Made by a program: the position numbers and the translations under genes. Below the pieces are notes generated by a model. The model ran no database searches, was not told the origin of the DNA, and saw only the letters and a program-made list of their open reading frames with translations. 64,000 nucleotides of DNA, from NCBI RefSeq assembly GCF_009936135.1, contig NZ_CP047901.1, forward strand, positions 60,181-124,180. The letters are read 5' to 3'. Source of the DNA: Candidatus Chazhemtobacterium aquaticus. GTDB taxonomy: Bacteria; Patescibacteriota; Microgenomatia; UBA1400; Chazhemtobacteraceae. This document shows positions 29,628 through 40,713 of the stretch, one piece after another (position 1 is the first letter of the stretch; each line of letters opens with the position of its first letter).

Positions 29628-30500
29628 ATGGATCAAACCAATCCCTTTCGCTCTGCTCAAAACGAGTTCCAAAAAAGCCTCGAGTCTACAGGCAGGGCCA
29701 CTGCCACCATTTTAGCCTACACTAAAGATATCGAACAACTTCTCGATTTCGTGGCAAAAACCGGCAAAACTAGCCCCGAACAAGTAGATACACAGGACAT
29801 CAATGACTTCAAGGCCTACTTAGCCGATAAAAACTATACTGCTAAATCAATTTCCCGCAAAATTAACTCCATCAAATCTTTCTTTCGCTATCTTCAGTCT
29901 CAAAAAAAGATTGACTCAAACCCAGCCACGACCGTAACTCATCCCAAATATCAACTTAAGCCACCTCGAATTCTTACTAGAATCGAATATCGCGCACTTC
30001 GAGACGCTTGTCGCGATGATGTTCGTATCAGCGCTATTGTCGAACTTCTTCTTCAAACAGGTATGCGTATTGGTGAACTTGCCAATCTTGAATTAGAAGA
30101 TCTTGATCTAAACGAAGATAAAATCACTATCCGTGCCTACGAGTCCCACCCTTCCCGCACTATTCCCCTTAATTCCTCTGCCAAAGAAGCCCTCAAACTC
30201 TACCTCGAAGACCGCCCTAAAACCGATACAAAAAATGTCTTTGTCACCAAAACGGGTAATTCCTTTTTAGTTCGCAACATCAGGAGTAGTATTGACCGCT
30301 ACTTCCGCCTAGCCGGCATTGAAGACGCCAAAGTAAACGACCTTAGACATACTTTTATCGCCCACCAACTCACCTCAGGCACCCCTCTTGTTTATGTCAG
30401 CAAACTTGTCGGCCACAAACGTCTTTCTACTACCGAAAAATATCTCGAATTCATCAAAGAAAAAACCGCCAAAGACAAGCCAAAACTCGAGGAGCTTTAA
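29628..30500 (+). CDS. tyrosine site-specific recombinase, XerC/XerD family
   Basis: Catalytic residues in context: R in TGMRIGEL, H-x-x-R in LRHTFIAHQL, and H...Y in LVGHKRLSTTEKY. 290 aa, Xer-sized. Confidence 0.85.
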   Translation: MDQTNPFRSAQNEFQKSLESTGRATATILAYTKDIEQLLDFVAKTGKTSPEQVDTQDINDFKAYLADKNYTAKSISRKINSIKSFFRYLQSQKKIDSNPATTVTHPKYQLKPPRILTRIEYRALRDACRDDVRISAIVELLLQTGMRIGELANLELEDLDLNEDKITIRAYESHPSRTIPLNSSAKEALKLYLEDRPKTDTKNVFVTKTGNSFLVRNIRSSIDRYFRLAGIEDAKVNDLRHTFIAHQLTSGTPLVYVSKLVGHKRLSTTEKYLEFIKEKTAKDKPKLEEL

Positions 30501-30501
30501 T

Positions 30502-30900
30502 CTACCCCCTCTTTCTTCCCGACAATCTTCTTAACTCATCAACTGTTGCCCGCGCAATAAATCTCAACACTCCGGCCAACTTATTGATATCCCCGACCAC
30601 CATAGACAACCACCCAGCTGTTGACTTTCTCTCATCCTCAATTATCAGCAAAGCGCTTTTAACATGTGCCATCTCCATCTCCATACCACTTACCTCGTCA
30701 GTAATTTTAATCGTCACCGGATGATTATTGTTTCCCACCTCCATCTCTCCTGAAACCACCATCGACTCATCCTCACTTCCCGCCTCATCAATCCAATCAT
30801 CCCCACCATCCTCCTGCCACCAACCCTCATTAAGAGGCGATTCTCCCAACACTAAAATACGATCTTGCTTACTTTTCTTTTTACTCACCGAAGAAGACAT
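30502..30900 (-). CDS. hypothetical protein
   Basis: ORF only. Acidic N-terminal half. Confidence 0.3.
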   Translation of the reverse strand: MSSSVSKKKSKQDRILVLGESPLNEGWWQEDGGDDWIDEAGSEDESMVVSGEMEVGNNNHPVTIKITDEVSGMEMEMAHVKSALLIIEDERKSTAGWLSMVVGDINKLAGVLRFIARATVDELRRLSGRKRG

Positions 30901-30951
30901 CCACTAATTATAACCCCCCCCAATTCAACTCTCCAGCTTAATTATCAACCA

Positions 30952-33294
30952 CTATAACTGTCCTCGTCTCTCTATCTCATTCTCAACCTCTTCCCTATCC
31001 TTACCGTATTTCAACCTAGACAACTCCTTAATCATCTCAGCCACTCGTCTATCCCCCATTCTTTTCTCCGCCTCAAGGTCCCTCCACACATTCATCGAAA
31101 ACGGTGGTACCGGTGTTCCCTCCACGATCGTCTTAACATAAGTAGTCTGAGCCGGGATATTAGTCAAATCAGACTCATTAAACACCGGCGCAAACTCCTG
31201 AGCCATAATGTTGGCATCAGAAACACCCATCCTAAACACCACCATGGTTCCCACATTACCAAAAATTGCATTCCTTACTTCCTCATCAATCTGGCTCACA
31301 AACTGGTTAGCCACCGTCAAAGAAAGGGCGTACTTTCTAGCCTCTGACAAAATCTGAGCAAAATCTGGTGTGGCAAAATTCTGAAACTCGTCCACATAGA
31401 AGAAAAAAGGCTTTCTTTCTTCTCTTGGCATATCTTGTCTTGATAAAGCTGCCGCCAAAATCTTTGGCACCAACACCAATCCCAAAAAGTTGGCATCCTC
31501 TTCACCTAACAATCCTTTTGATAACTTGAGAAACACAATCTTACCCTCATCCATTGCTTTGCGGAAATTCAAAGTAGACTGACTCTGGCCAATAATGTTT
31601 CTGATCATCTTATTGGTAATAAATCGGCCAAACTTACTCACGATATAGTCAAGAGTCTCACTCTTGTGAAACTCACTTGTCTGAGCAATCTGTTCAGTCC
31701 AGTACCTCTTCACAATCGGATCTTTAATTTTAGGCAACAGCTCCTGAACATATTTTTCGTTTTGCAATATCCTAGTTACCTCAATAAAGGTCGCCCCTGG
31801 TACCACGGCCGCAGTTAACATCGCATTTCTGATCGCATGCTCGAATCGAGGACCAACCATCCCCGTCTTATGCGGATCATACAGCTTATACATCAAATTA
31901 ATGATCGAGCTAGCCACAAAATGCATCTCCTCTTCATGATTTACTTCCAGCAAATTAAACCCCATCGGTCTCTCCGTATCTGCAGGATCAAAAACAATAA
32001 CATCCTCGGCTCTCTCCGGCGGCACCAACTCCAACAGCTCGTCAATACCCTCACCATGCGGCTCTAAAAAACAAACTCCATGACCAGCTTTAATATCCTG
32101 CAAAATCATCGATTTTAACAACTCAGTCTTTCCTGTTCCAGTCCTTCCCAGAACATACATATGTCTCATTCGATCTTTCTCGGTAATATGTATTGCCCTC
32201 TCCTGGCCGCGATAAACACTTTTACCTAAATACAAACCTGAAGTTGGAATACCACCAGTCGCCGGAGCCATTCTCGCTGGTAACCACACAATATGTGGCG
32301 TCTCAATCGTTTTATTCGGCAAGTGCCAGAGTGTTGCTAACTCATCGCTCGATAAAATTGAGTTCTGACCAAACATTGATTGATAGCGATAAATAAAATC
32401 AACCATAAACTGACTCTTCCACCCAATCGACTTCCCACTCAAACCATTCATCTCTGAATTAAACTGAGAAAAAGCCCCCTTAACGTTATTTAAGTTAGCC
32501 CTAGCTTGCTCTTGAGTCGGAGCCACACTCACCAGCCTAATTGTTGTTAAGAAACCAGGTTTACCCACCTTAGTATCCACAGCCTGCATATCTTCGGGTG
32601 ACATCTTAAAACTGGCCTTCTCAGGATCAGCCTCCGCTTTTTTCAAACCACTCAAATACTCCTTACCCGCTTTACTCCAATTCGAATCTGCTGGGGAAAT
32701 TAATACCTGAATTGCCGCCGCTTCACCTTCTCCCATCTTTGCCAGTGTTGCTGTTACCAAACTTAAAGGATCAGTCGCCAGCTCTTTATATGTTTTCAAA
32801 GGCATGTAGCTTTTATCCCTTACTACCAACTCAGCAAACTCAACCTTTCCCTCTTCACTAAAAATATTAGGTTCCTCAACCACTTTCACCTCGGCTCCTG
32901 GATACGCTCCCGAGATTTGCTTCTCTACTAATGAGACCAAACTCTCATGACATGACACATAAAACGCTATCGCTTCTTTCTTTGCCACAATTTCAAAACT
33001 CAGGTGCTGCTGAGCCTTAAATCTCTGCCAAAACCCACCTCTCTTGATTGAATACAGCGCTGCAAACATCTGTTCTGCCGCCTCAATTTTCACCTCATTA
33101 TCTCTTGGCACCAAAATCTGCATCACCACAAATCGTAAGCTTACCTCCTCTCGATTCTTATATTTAAACCACTGCATCATTGCCACTCCCAAACCAGCCG
33201 TTACTATCACCACTACCGACAATACTGCCACTATCCCAAAAACCATACTCACCCACTCCGTCATATTTGTTAACAAATCTATACCACTATTCAT
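30952..33294 (-). CDS. VirD4/TraG/TraD-like type IV secretion coupling-protein-type ATPase
   Basis: N-terminal TM helices. Walker [11 protein letters not shown]. Walker [12 protein letters not shown]. 780 aa. Architecture matches the T4CP / TrwB family. Confidence 0.55.
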
Positions 33295-33649
33295 TGCCTA
33301 CCTGTCTATAAAACACCCTACCGGGGTATTTTTTAATAATCATGACGCTCCACTCAGCCAACCAACGCAAACTATTTGACACCTTACTTTTCAAACCTGT
33401 TTTCATCTCACCCTCCGTCAACGGCAATACTATCTCCGCCTCATCAGGTACAGACTGAGCCACTACCTGACCATGATCATCAACAATTTGTTTAGGCAGA
33501 CTCACCTGACCACTAACAACCGGCTTTACCCCCCCTCCATCATTGTCTACCTCCACCTGTTTTTCCACTCTCTCCAAATAACTGTCTACTTCCTCCGCAG
33601 CTATTTCCTCAGCAGTCTTCTGTCGCACTTCTCTCTCTAGGGCAGTCAT
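33287..33649 (-). CDS. hypothetical protein
   Basis: ORF overlapping the T4CP-like gene start by 8 nt. Confidence 0.3.
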
Positions 33650-33694
33650 AATCCTATCTTATCATTGATCTCACCTCATCCCAACCTAAAATCC

Positions 33695-34264
33695 TTAGTA
33701 ATCCAAACCACGTACCGCTTTAATCCCCCGATCAAATGGATGCTTTATTTTCTTCATCTCTGTTACCAAATCAGCCAGCTCAATCAATCTCTTACCCGCC
33801 CCCCTCCCTGTTAATATCAAGTGTGTCTTACCCCTCGACTCAAGCAACCCAACAATTTCATCCTCATTCACCAAACCATCTCCTATAGCATTAACCACCT
33901 CGTCCAACACCAATAGATCCACTTTTCTTAATTTTTCTCTTGCTAATTCTAAAGCCATCTTTGCCGCTTCCTTATGATCACTGACACTTGCATGATCAGT
34001 CGGTAACTGATAAAAACCCCTTCCCATCAGAAAAATCTCCATATTCTCAAAGTTTTCCCCAATCTCCTGGTCCACAGTTGGCCACCTAGCTTCCTTGTAC
34101 CACATAATTACTACCACTCTCATTCCAGTTTTTGCTGCCCTCACCGCAGTCCACAAAGCAGCCGAGGTTTTGCCTTTACCCTCACCAGTAAACACATATA
34201 CCATCCCTTGTTTACCCACGCTACTCTTAACCATCTCTAAATTATTAACACTTACTCGCCCCAC
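33695..34264 (-). CDS. ATP:cob(I)alamin adenosyltransferase (CobA/CobO/BtuR family)
   Basis: P-loop VFTGEGKGKTSAALWTAVRAAKTGMRVVVIMW and C-terminal HLILTGRGA match the CobA-family layout. Confidence 0.85.
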   Translation of the reverse strand: MGRVSVNNLEMVKSSVGKQGMVYVFTGEGKGKTSAALWTAVRAAKTGMRVVVIMWYKEARWPTVDQEIGENFENMEIFLMGRGFYQLPTDHASVSDHKEAAKMALELAREKLRKVDLLVLDEVVNAIGDGLVNEDEIVGLLESRGKTHLILTGRGAGKRLIELADLVTEMKKIKHPFDRGIKAVRGLDY

Positions 34265-36782
34265 ATGAGTAGCACTTTGAACAACCCTCCTCTATTACCA
34301 AAGTCGCTTGCCCACACTCGGGACACAAATCCCGCCTCTCTTTGGTTAAAGGCAGCGCTTCCTGCTGCACCACCTCACCCAGATCTCCACTACTCACACT
34401 ATCCAATAGTGGTGATTTACTCGCAAAACCGTTACTCCCACCCTTCACTTCCTGCTCAACTTCTGGTTGCATATGCTCTCGCAAAACCTTTGCCACTCCA
34501 TCCGCCAAACTTCGCACCTTACCATTACCAAAACCCACACTCTCTGCCCCCCCAATTCCAGCTAATTGTTCAACCACAGCCTCAGCCACAGAACGTGCTG
34601 GTAACACGGAAGGTACTCTCAGGGAAAGCGACACCAGTCTACCAATCGCCTCAGCATCGGCTGTAACATGTGTCCCCGCCTTACCCACATTTACAAACAC
34701 CTCAAAAGGGTTACCCAAATCATCACTATTAACTACCACAAACGCCGTCCCCACCGGAGTCTTGATCTTATATGTACTTCCAACTAACTTCTTCGGCCTT
34801 ACTCGTAACTCCGCCACCTCAGACCGAGTTTCACTCTTCTCCTCGATAACCATCCCCTTATCATCAGTCTTTTTATCAGTCTTGCTTCCCACGTTTAAGA
34901 CCTGCCAATCTTTTGAACCATCTCGATATACCGTAATTCCCATACAACCCTCCGACCAGGCTTGCAGATATGCCTGAGCTACATCATCGACCTTTGCCTC
35001 ATTCGGTAAGTTAATCGTCTTGCTTACTGCGTTATCGGTATACCTCTGCCATGCCGCTTGCATCATTACATGATCAGCCGGCTTGATCTCGTGACTGGTT
35101 ACCAAAACCTTTCTCCATTTATCAGGCACTCCTTTCACATCGTGCACATTACCCGTTTCTGCAATTTTTTCCTCCAATTCTTTACTCCACCAACCCTCTT
35201 TCTCTCCAATCTCTCTCAAAACCGGATTTACAAACACCAACTCTCTATTAATATGCTCATCCTTAACTGTATGTCGATATGCCAATGCAAAAATCGGCTC
35301 TACTCCACTGCTTGAATTAGCAATAATCGAAATCGTCCCAGTTGGCGCTATCGTTGTCACCGTCGAATTACGAAGCGGCCTACCTTCTTTGTATATACTC
35401 TCACTCCATAAAGGAAATGGGCCCCGATCCTCCGCCAGCGCTTCACTAGCCTTATGCCCCTCATCACTAATAAATCTCATGATTTTCTCAGCCAAATCAA
35501 AAGCCTCTTTAGAATCATAAGGAATTCCCAACAAAAACAGCATGTCTGCCCAACCACCAATCCCCAAACCAATCCTCCTAATCTTTCTAACCGTCTCCCA
35601 AATTTGCGGTAAAGGATACGGATTAACCTCGATCACATCATCCAAAAACCTAACTGATTGCCAAACCGCTTCTTTCAATCCATCCCAATCAACCCCTCTA
35701 CCTTCCTTTCCGTCCTTAACAAAATATCTTAAGAAAATACTTCCCAAATTACACGCGTCAAAACCATACAGCGGTTGTTCTCCACATGGATTAGTGCTCT
35801 CTATTGGCCCCAAACTCGGCACTGGATTAGCCTTACTCGCATTAACCCGATCAATAAACACCATTCCGGGATCCCCCGACCTCCAAGCTGAGTCACAAAT
35901 TAAATCAAAAATCTCTCTTGCTCGCTCCTTACCAACTACCTCTTTTGTATGTGGAGCCACCAACTCATACTCACCATCTTCCTCCAAAGCCTTCATAAAA
36001 TCGTCGGTAGCCAACACTGAAATATTAAAGTTTGTTATCCCCCCCTCAAGCTTACAAGTAATAAACTCTTTAATATCTGGGTGATCCACTCTAAGCATTC
36101 CCATATTAGCCCCTCTTCTTGTTCCACCTTGCTTGACTTGCTGTGTTGCCGCGTCAAATATCTTCATAAACGACACAGGACCGCTGGCAACCCCTCTCGA
36201 GGTTTTCACAAACGCTCCCTGCGGTCTCAACCTACTAAACCCAAAACCAGTGCCTCCTCCGCTCTGATGAATAATTGCCTGCCATTTAATTGCATCAAAT
36301 ATACCAACCAAAGAATCCTCCACTGGCAACACAAAACAAGCCGAATACTGCAATCCGTTACCCTTACCCGCATTCATTAGAGTTGGTGAGTTAGGTAAAA
36401 ACTTAAGCGACACCATTAGTTTGTAATAACTTTTAGCTAGCTCAATTACTGCTTTCCTATCAGCCCCCCAAACCACTTCAGCACTCGCAATCGCGAAAGC
36501 CACTCTCCACACCATCTCCTCCGGCGTCTCTTTCACCTCACCTTGAGCATCTTTATCCAAGTATCTTTCTCTTAAAACCTTCAGTGCTTGCTCAGACCAC
36601 TGTCCGACTGGTAAATCATCCGGTAATTCTGGCCTATCTCCCGCCTTAGCAGAAACTAGTTTCATCACCTCCCCGTAATCCTTCATCTCTTGTTTTACTT
36701 TCCTATACTCAATATCATCTCCTTCTCTCTCTTTTTCTTTTTCTTCTTTTTTAATCTCGTAAATTGTTGCTGAAACTGCCAT
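34245..36782 (-). CDS. nrdJ: adenosylcobalamin-dependent (class II) ribonucleotide reductase
   Basis: LNSPTLMNAG...YSACFVL and NPCGEQPL catalytic-Cys motifs. 845 aa with C-terminal Cys4 zinc ribbon CPECG...CSKCYSCG. Confidence 0.9.
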   Translation of the reverse strand: MAVSATIYEIKKEEKEKEREGDDIEYRKVKQEMKDYGEVMKLVSAKAGDRPELPDDLPVGQWSEQALKVLRERYLDKDAQGEVKETPEEMVWRVAFAIASAEVVWGADRKAVIELAKSYYKLMVSLKFLPNSPTLMNAGKGNGLQYSACFVLPVEDSLVGIFDAIKWQAIIHQSGGGTGFGFSRLRPQGAFVKTSRGVASGPVSFMKIFDAATQQVKQGGTRRGANMGMLRVDHPDIKEFITCKLEGGITNFNISVLATDDFMKALEEDGEYELVAPHTKEVVGKERAREIFDLICDSAWRSGDPGMVFIDRVNASKANPVPSLGPIESTNPCGEQPLYGFDACNLGSIFLRYFVKDGKEGRGVDWDGLKEAVWQSVRFLDDVIEVNPYPLPQIWETVRKIRRIGLGIGGWADMLFLLGIPYDSKEAFDLAEKIMRFISDEGHKASEALAEDRGPFPLWSESIYKEGRPLRNSTVTTIAPTGTISIIANSSSGVEPIFALAYRHTVKDEHINRELVFVNPVLREIGEKEGWWSKELEEKIAETGNVHDVKGVPDKWRKVLVTSHEIKPADHVMMQAAWQRYTDNAVSKTINLPNEAKVDDVAQAYLQAWSEGCMGITVYRDGSKDWQVLNVGSKTDKKTDDKGMVIEEKSETRSEVAELRVRPKKLVGSTYKIKTPVGTAFVVVNSDDLGNPFEVFVNVGKAGTHVTADAEAIGRLVSLSLRVPSVLPARSVAEAVVEQLAGIGGAESVGFGNGKVRSLADGVAKVLREHMQPEVEQEVKGGSNGFASKSPLLDSVSSGDLGEVVQQEALPLTKERRDLCPECGQATLVIEEGCSKCYSCGASKC

Positions 36783-36801
36783 TTTTTTAACAAAATAAAT
36801 A

Positions 36802-37302
36802 CTAATTAGCTTTTTTAATCTCCAACTCCTCCATCACCGCCTTAAAATCCCTTAAATTATCCACATCCAGATACACACTAGCAAATCTTAAATAAGCCAC
36901 ACCGTCAATCTTTCTAAGCCTCGTTAGCACTAACTTACCAATATCCGTGCTCTTTACCGTGGTCGATTTTCGATTCAATAGCTTCATCTCGATCTCATCA
37001 ACCACACTCTCGATCTCTTCCTCACTTATTCCTCTTTTCCAACACGCCTTCTGTATCCCTCTTTCCAACTTATCCCGACTAAATTCTTCTAACTCACCCG
37101 AACGTTTCTCCACCTTTAAATCAATATTTCCTACCTTCTCATAAGTAGTAAACCGCTTTTTACATTTCAAACACTCTCGTCTCCGCCTCACCTCTCCACT
37201 GTCACCTGTAGACCGGCTTTCCAACACTGTTGAATTCTCATTTCCGCAATACGGACACCGCATATTCTTTAATTCAAATTCATATTCGCAAGCACCACCC
37301 AT
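36802..37302 (-). CDS. nrdR: transcriptional repressor NrdR
   Basis: MRCPYCGNENSTVLESR...RRRECLKCKKRFTTYEKV zinc ribbon followed by an ATP-cone. True start probably the internal Met at about 37263. Confidence 0.9.
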   Translation of the reverse strand: MGGACEYEFELKNMRCPYCGNENSTVLESRSTGDSGEVRRRRECLKCKKRFTTYEKVGNIDLKVEKRSGELEEFSRDKLERGIQKACWKRGISEEEIESVVDEIEMKLLNRKSTTVKSTDIGKLVLTRLRKIDGVAYLRFASVYLDVDNLRDFKAVMEELEIKKAN

Positions 37303-37558
37303 AGTGGCAAGAAATACCCTAAAACACTACCGTTAACCTGTCAACCCTATCCATATATACCAAAACATATCACCCAGCTCAAATACCGCATAAATTACTC
37401 TAATCAGTCCCAAAGCTCAAATCCCACCACCACTGCGTAAAAACAACCAATAACAACACCACCACCTCTTACTCATTCCTATAAAATGTACCGTTTAATC
37501 CAGACAACAACCCTTTCTTTTTTCCAATTGAAACCACTAATTCTTAAACCTATAAACA

Positions 37559-38140
37559 CTACTCTCTCTCCAAGACTCTCTGCAATCTCTTGTTATGTTC
37601 ATTGGCTCTATCCTTATACTCATCCATTCTCGGTCTCGTTTTCTCGCTCACCTTTTCTACTAAACCACGCCAAGTCTCCCTATACTTAGCTGTTCCTCGC
37701 TCTAAACTATTAGCCCAAACCCCCACATTCTCCCCCTCAACTTTAATTTCCTCTATCATCGATATTGCCCTTTCTTGATACATCATTGCTTTCAAACCAG
37801 TTTCCACTCCTAAATCCTCCTCCCCTCTCTCCAACAGCACCTTAGCAGCAGCCATTCTCTTGTCGGCATACAAAACCATTAACTCTATTTTCTTACCACG
37901 ATCAAAAGTCAACCACTCAACCACCCTATCCCTCATCATTTTAAGAGGATACAAATAATGCCCGGGCAATAACCCTGGATAGGGCAACTCATACATCACC
38001 TCACCCTCCTCAATCATCTCGCTGACTCCCATGCCAACTCCTGGTTCACTCACGCTCACAGTCTCCTCTCGAGCTCTCACCATGGACACACCCAGTATTA
38101 ACACAGCCATCACCACCGCCATTAACCTCAACAATTTCAT
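37559..38140 (-). CDS. secreted hypothetical protein
   Basis: Signal-peptide-like MKLLRLMAVVMAVLILGVSMVRA. No motif. Confidence 0.4.
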   Translation of the reverse strand: MKLLRLMAVVMAVLILGVSMVRAREETVSVSEPGVGMGVSEMIEEGEVMYELPYPGLLPGHYLYPLKMMRDRVVEWLTFDRGKKIELMVLYADKRMAAAKVLLERGEEDLGVETGLKAMMYQERAISMIEEIKVEGENVGVWANSLERGTAKYRETWRGLVEKVSEKTRPRMDEYKDRANEHNKRLQRVLERE

Positions 38141-38175
38141 TCTCCCTCCATTCTACTCCAATTACACAAGCTCTA

Positions 38176-39420
38176 CTACTTAACCCCTACCTTTCTCTCT
38201 CCCAAATACTCCAATATGGTCCTTGCATAAATCTCAGTCACTTTCCTTAAACTCTCTAAGTCAACCCACTCACCTTCCGCTCCCTCACCCCCATCTGGAC
38301 CAAAACCAGCAATACAAGGGACATCTCTACTTGTTAACATCCAAGCATCGTTCCAGGGCCCACACCCTTCAAGTTTAGGTTGTTTACCCAACACTTCCTT
38401 AGCCTGCTCAGCCAGCACCTGTACCAACCCCTCACTTCTCTCAATCTCCATCGATGGCACAAACAATAAATCCTCCAGATCCCACTCCAAATCAGTCAAT
38501 CCAGACAACCGGTCCTCGATCCATAAACGAACCTGCACATCCGTATTCCCAGGCATTAATCTAACATCCCCCCACGCCTCACACTTGTCAGGTACAACAT
38601 TAACACTTGTTCCACCTTTAATTTTTGTTGGAAAAGTGAACACCGGCAACCTTCCTGGAAAAGCCCTAGCCGGCTTGAAAGGAAGATCAAAACCAGACAA
38701 AACTCTCATCACCCTATCCATTTGTAATATGGCATTCTTTCCTTTCTTGCCTCTTTCCCACGCCCTTCTCCCTGTATTTACCGCTTCTCCATAAGTCTTG
38801 AGTAAAAACCTATAACCACCTCTGTGTCCAATAGCAATCTTATCAGTTCCTGGTTTACCCAATATTGCCGCCTTAGCTTTAATCCCCTTATTAATCAAAT
38901 ATGCCAAACCAATCTTACTCGCCCCCTCCCCCATACCATCAGCTACAAACGCCATTCTCAACTTCCCATCCAATCTAACCCCTAAATCAGCCAATGCCTT
39001 ATACGCAAACATATAAGCCGACAATGTTGCCTTCATGTCCAAAGCTCCTACTCCATACAACCTTCCGTCTCTAACAATTCCAGAAAATGGTGTATTAATC
39101 AACTCGCTTCCAACCCCACCCGTATCCATATGTCCAACCAACAAGATACTTTTTCTTGATCTTGCCGGACCCCAAGTAGTCACCAAATTTGGTCTACCAC
39201 TTCTGGCCCTCAAATACCTTGGCCGCAACCCCCAATCACGAAACTTACCTCTAATCAACTTGGCTACCTTAACCTCAACCTGCGCGCTTCTCATTGCCCC
39301 ATCTCCAGGATTAACACTCTTTGCCCTTACCAACTCCGCTAATAACTTAGATTGCTCTTCAAAGTTACTCTCAACCTGTTTAGCAATATCCCGACCCAGT
39401 TTTTTTGTCAATTGATACAT
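38176..39420 (-). CDS. M20 family metallopeptidase (ArgE/DapE-like)
   Basis: HxD metal site LLVGHMDTGG, GALDMKATLS, and acidic dimetal ligands. Confidence 0.8.
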   Translation of the reverse strand: MYQLTKKLGRDIAKQVESNFEEQSKLLAELVRAKSVNPGDGAMRSAQVEVKVAKLIRGKFRDWGLRPRYLRARSGRPNLVTTWGPARSRKSILLVGHMDTGGVGSELINTPFSGIVRDGRLYGVGALDMKATLSAYMFAYKALADLGVRLDGKLRMAFVADGMGEGASKIGLAYLINKGIKAKAAILGKPGTDKIAIGHRGGYRFLLKTYGEAVNTGRRAWERGKKGKNAILQMDRVMRVLSGFDLPFKPARAFPGRLPVFTFPTKIKGGTSVNVVPDKCEAWGDVRLMPGNTDVQVRLWIEDRLSGLTDLEWDLEDLLFVPSMEIERSEGLVQVLAEQAKEVLGKQPKLEGCGPWNDAWMLTSRDVPCIAGFGPDGGEGAEGEWVDLESLRKVTEIYARTILEYLGERKVGVK

Positions 39421-39472
39421 AGCTTGGCCATCATCCTAACACCCACTCTCAAGTTTTGTAAAGCTTTCCTGG

Positions 39473-40114
39473 TTAACCAAACATATAAATCGCCACCCCC
39501 CACCACCAATGACTCAGTATCGGCGCAATCACGTTTCTTGTTCTCATCATCACCCAATAATTACCCATTGCCATCAACATAATAACTACCAAAAAACCCA
39601 ACATCTCCCCGCCACCATACCCATATACGAATATCGCAATTGGTAAATGTAACAAAGCAAAACCCAATCCGGTAAGAGTAATAGCCACCCATTCACTTAC
39701 CACAAAACCCTTAATCTTCTGCAACAAATAACCCGAAAAAACTACCTCCTCAGTAACTGCCGTCACCAATCCTATTCCCACTACATCCAACCACCCCATC
39801 GCCTCACCATCCAGTTTTATCTCTCCATACTTACTCCAACCAGCCAACCACGCCACCAAACCATATAGCAAACCTAAAGACATTCCCCAAACTAACGCTC
39901 CTTTAACAGATCCTTTAAACAGATTGACTCTCCTCTTTTCCCTTGACCACAGCCACCACAAAGGTAACATCCACACCACTGGCTTAAACCACAGCTCCTC
40001 AATTACCTCCGGCAATCTTATCAACAATCTAAACAAACCCCAAGCTGCCAACAAATAGACGTAATACATCAACACCTTCAAAAAACTCCCATCCTTCTTA
40101 CTTCTCATCTTCAA
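39473..40114 (-). CDS. CPBP family intramembrane metalloprotease (CAAX protease-like)
   Basis: EExxxR-type motif TAVTEEVVFSGYLLQ and FxxxH motif FALLHL. Confidence 0.8.
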   Translation of the reverse strand: MKMRSKKDGSFLKVLMYYVYLLAAWGLFRLLIRLPEVIEELWFKPVVWMLPLWWLWSREKRRVNLFKGSVKGALVWGMSLGLLYGLVAWLAGWSKYGEIKLDGEAMGWLDVVGIGLVTAVTEEVVFSGYLLQKIKGFVVSEWVAITLTGLGFALLHLPIAIFVYGYGGGEMLGFLVVIMLMAMGNYWVMMRTRNVIAPILSHWWWGVAIYMFG

Positions 40115-40142
40115 CCATTCTAGAACGCCTAAACCAACAGGG

Positions 40143-40664
40143 TCAATCTTTAGGCGACTTGAGCATGACCCGGCACTTTACAGACATTTCCATTACTTCT
40201 CGAAAACCATCCACCAACTTTCGCGCCTCCTCCAGACTAACTAGCCTCTCTCTACCAGCAAAATAATGAAAAATCATGTTTCTTCCTTCTCTCCACGCCT
40301 TCCACATTAATCTAGGAAACTTCTTATACTCAGCATCATCTGTTTTTTCACACATCCTTTGTAAATCATCAAACAACCACCAACCATTCCTATACTTAGC
40401 CGGCAAACTCGGGTTCAAACTTCTCCCAATTCTAAAGTGCTTACTCAGGTAAGTTTTCTCACTGATTAAGCCAATATTATGCAAGAACTTCTTCACAAAA
40501 CCTTCATATGCTTTCGCCATCGGAAAAACCACAAACGAATAATCCACCAGCTCTTCAGCGCCCATCTCTTCACGGTCGAGCAAATAATAAGCCTCCTCAA
40601 CCAAATCACGCATTGTCGGCTCTAAGTACTCAAACCAATCTTGCTCTTTAAACATACCCCCCAT
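40143..40664 (-). CDS. hypothetical protein
   Basis: ORF only. Confidence 0.3.
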   Translation of the reverse strand: MGGMFKEQDWFEYLEPTMRDLVEEAYYLLDREEMGAEELVDYSFVVFPMAKAYEGFVKKFLHNIGLISEKTYLSKHFRIGRSLNPSLPAKYRNGWWLFDDLQRMCEKTDDAEYKKFPRLMWKAWREGRNMIFHYFAGRERLVSLEEARKLVDGFREVMEMSVKCRVMLKSPKD

Positions 40665-40713
40665 AATAACATGACCCCTCCATTATCAATCCATCAAACT
40701 ATATAATGTCCCC

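Noticed and set aside
29105-33700. Integrated element delimited by a direct repeat of the tmRNA 3' end.
   Set aside because: I could not find a second copy of the ggttcaactccccgggcccgcaacca segment in the downstream region. The recombinase looks like housekeeping XerC/D. Kept only as a low-confidence hypothesis.
37303-37560. NrdR-box palindromes upstream of nrdR.
   Set aside because: Only weak AT-rich partial palindromes (ccatatatacc, acatatcac). Nothing close to the 16-bp acaCwAtATaTwGtgt consensus could be identified by eye.
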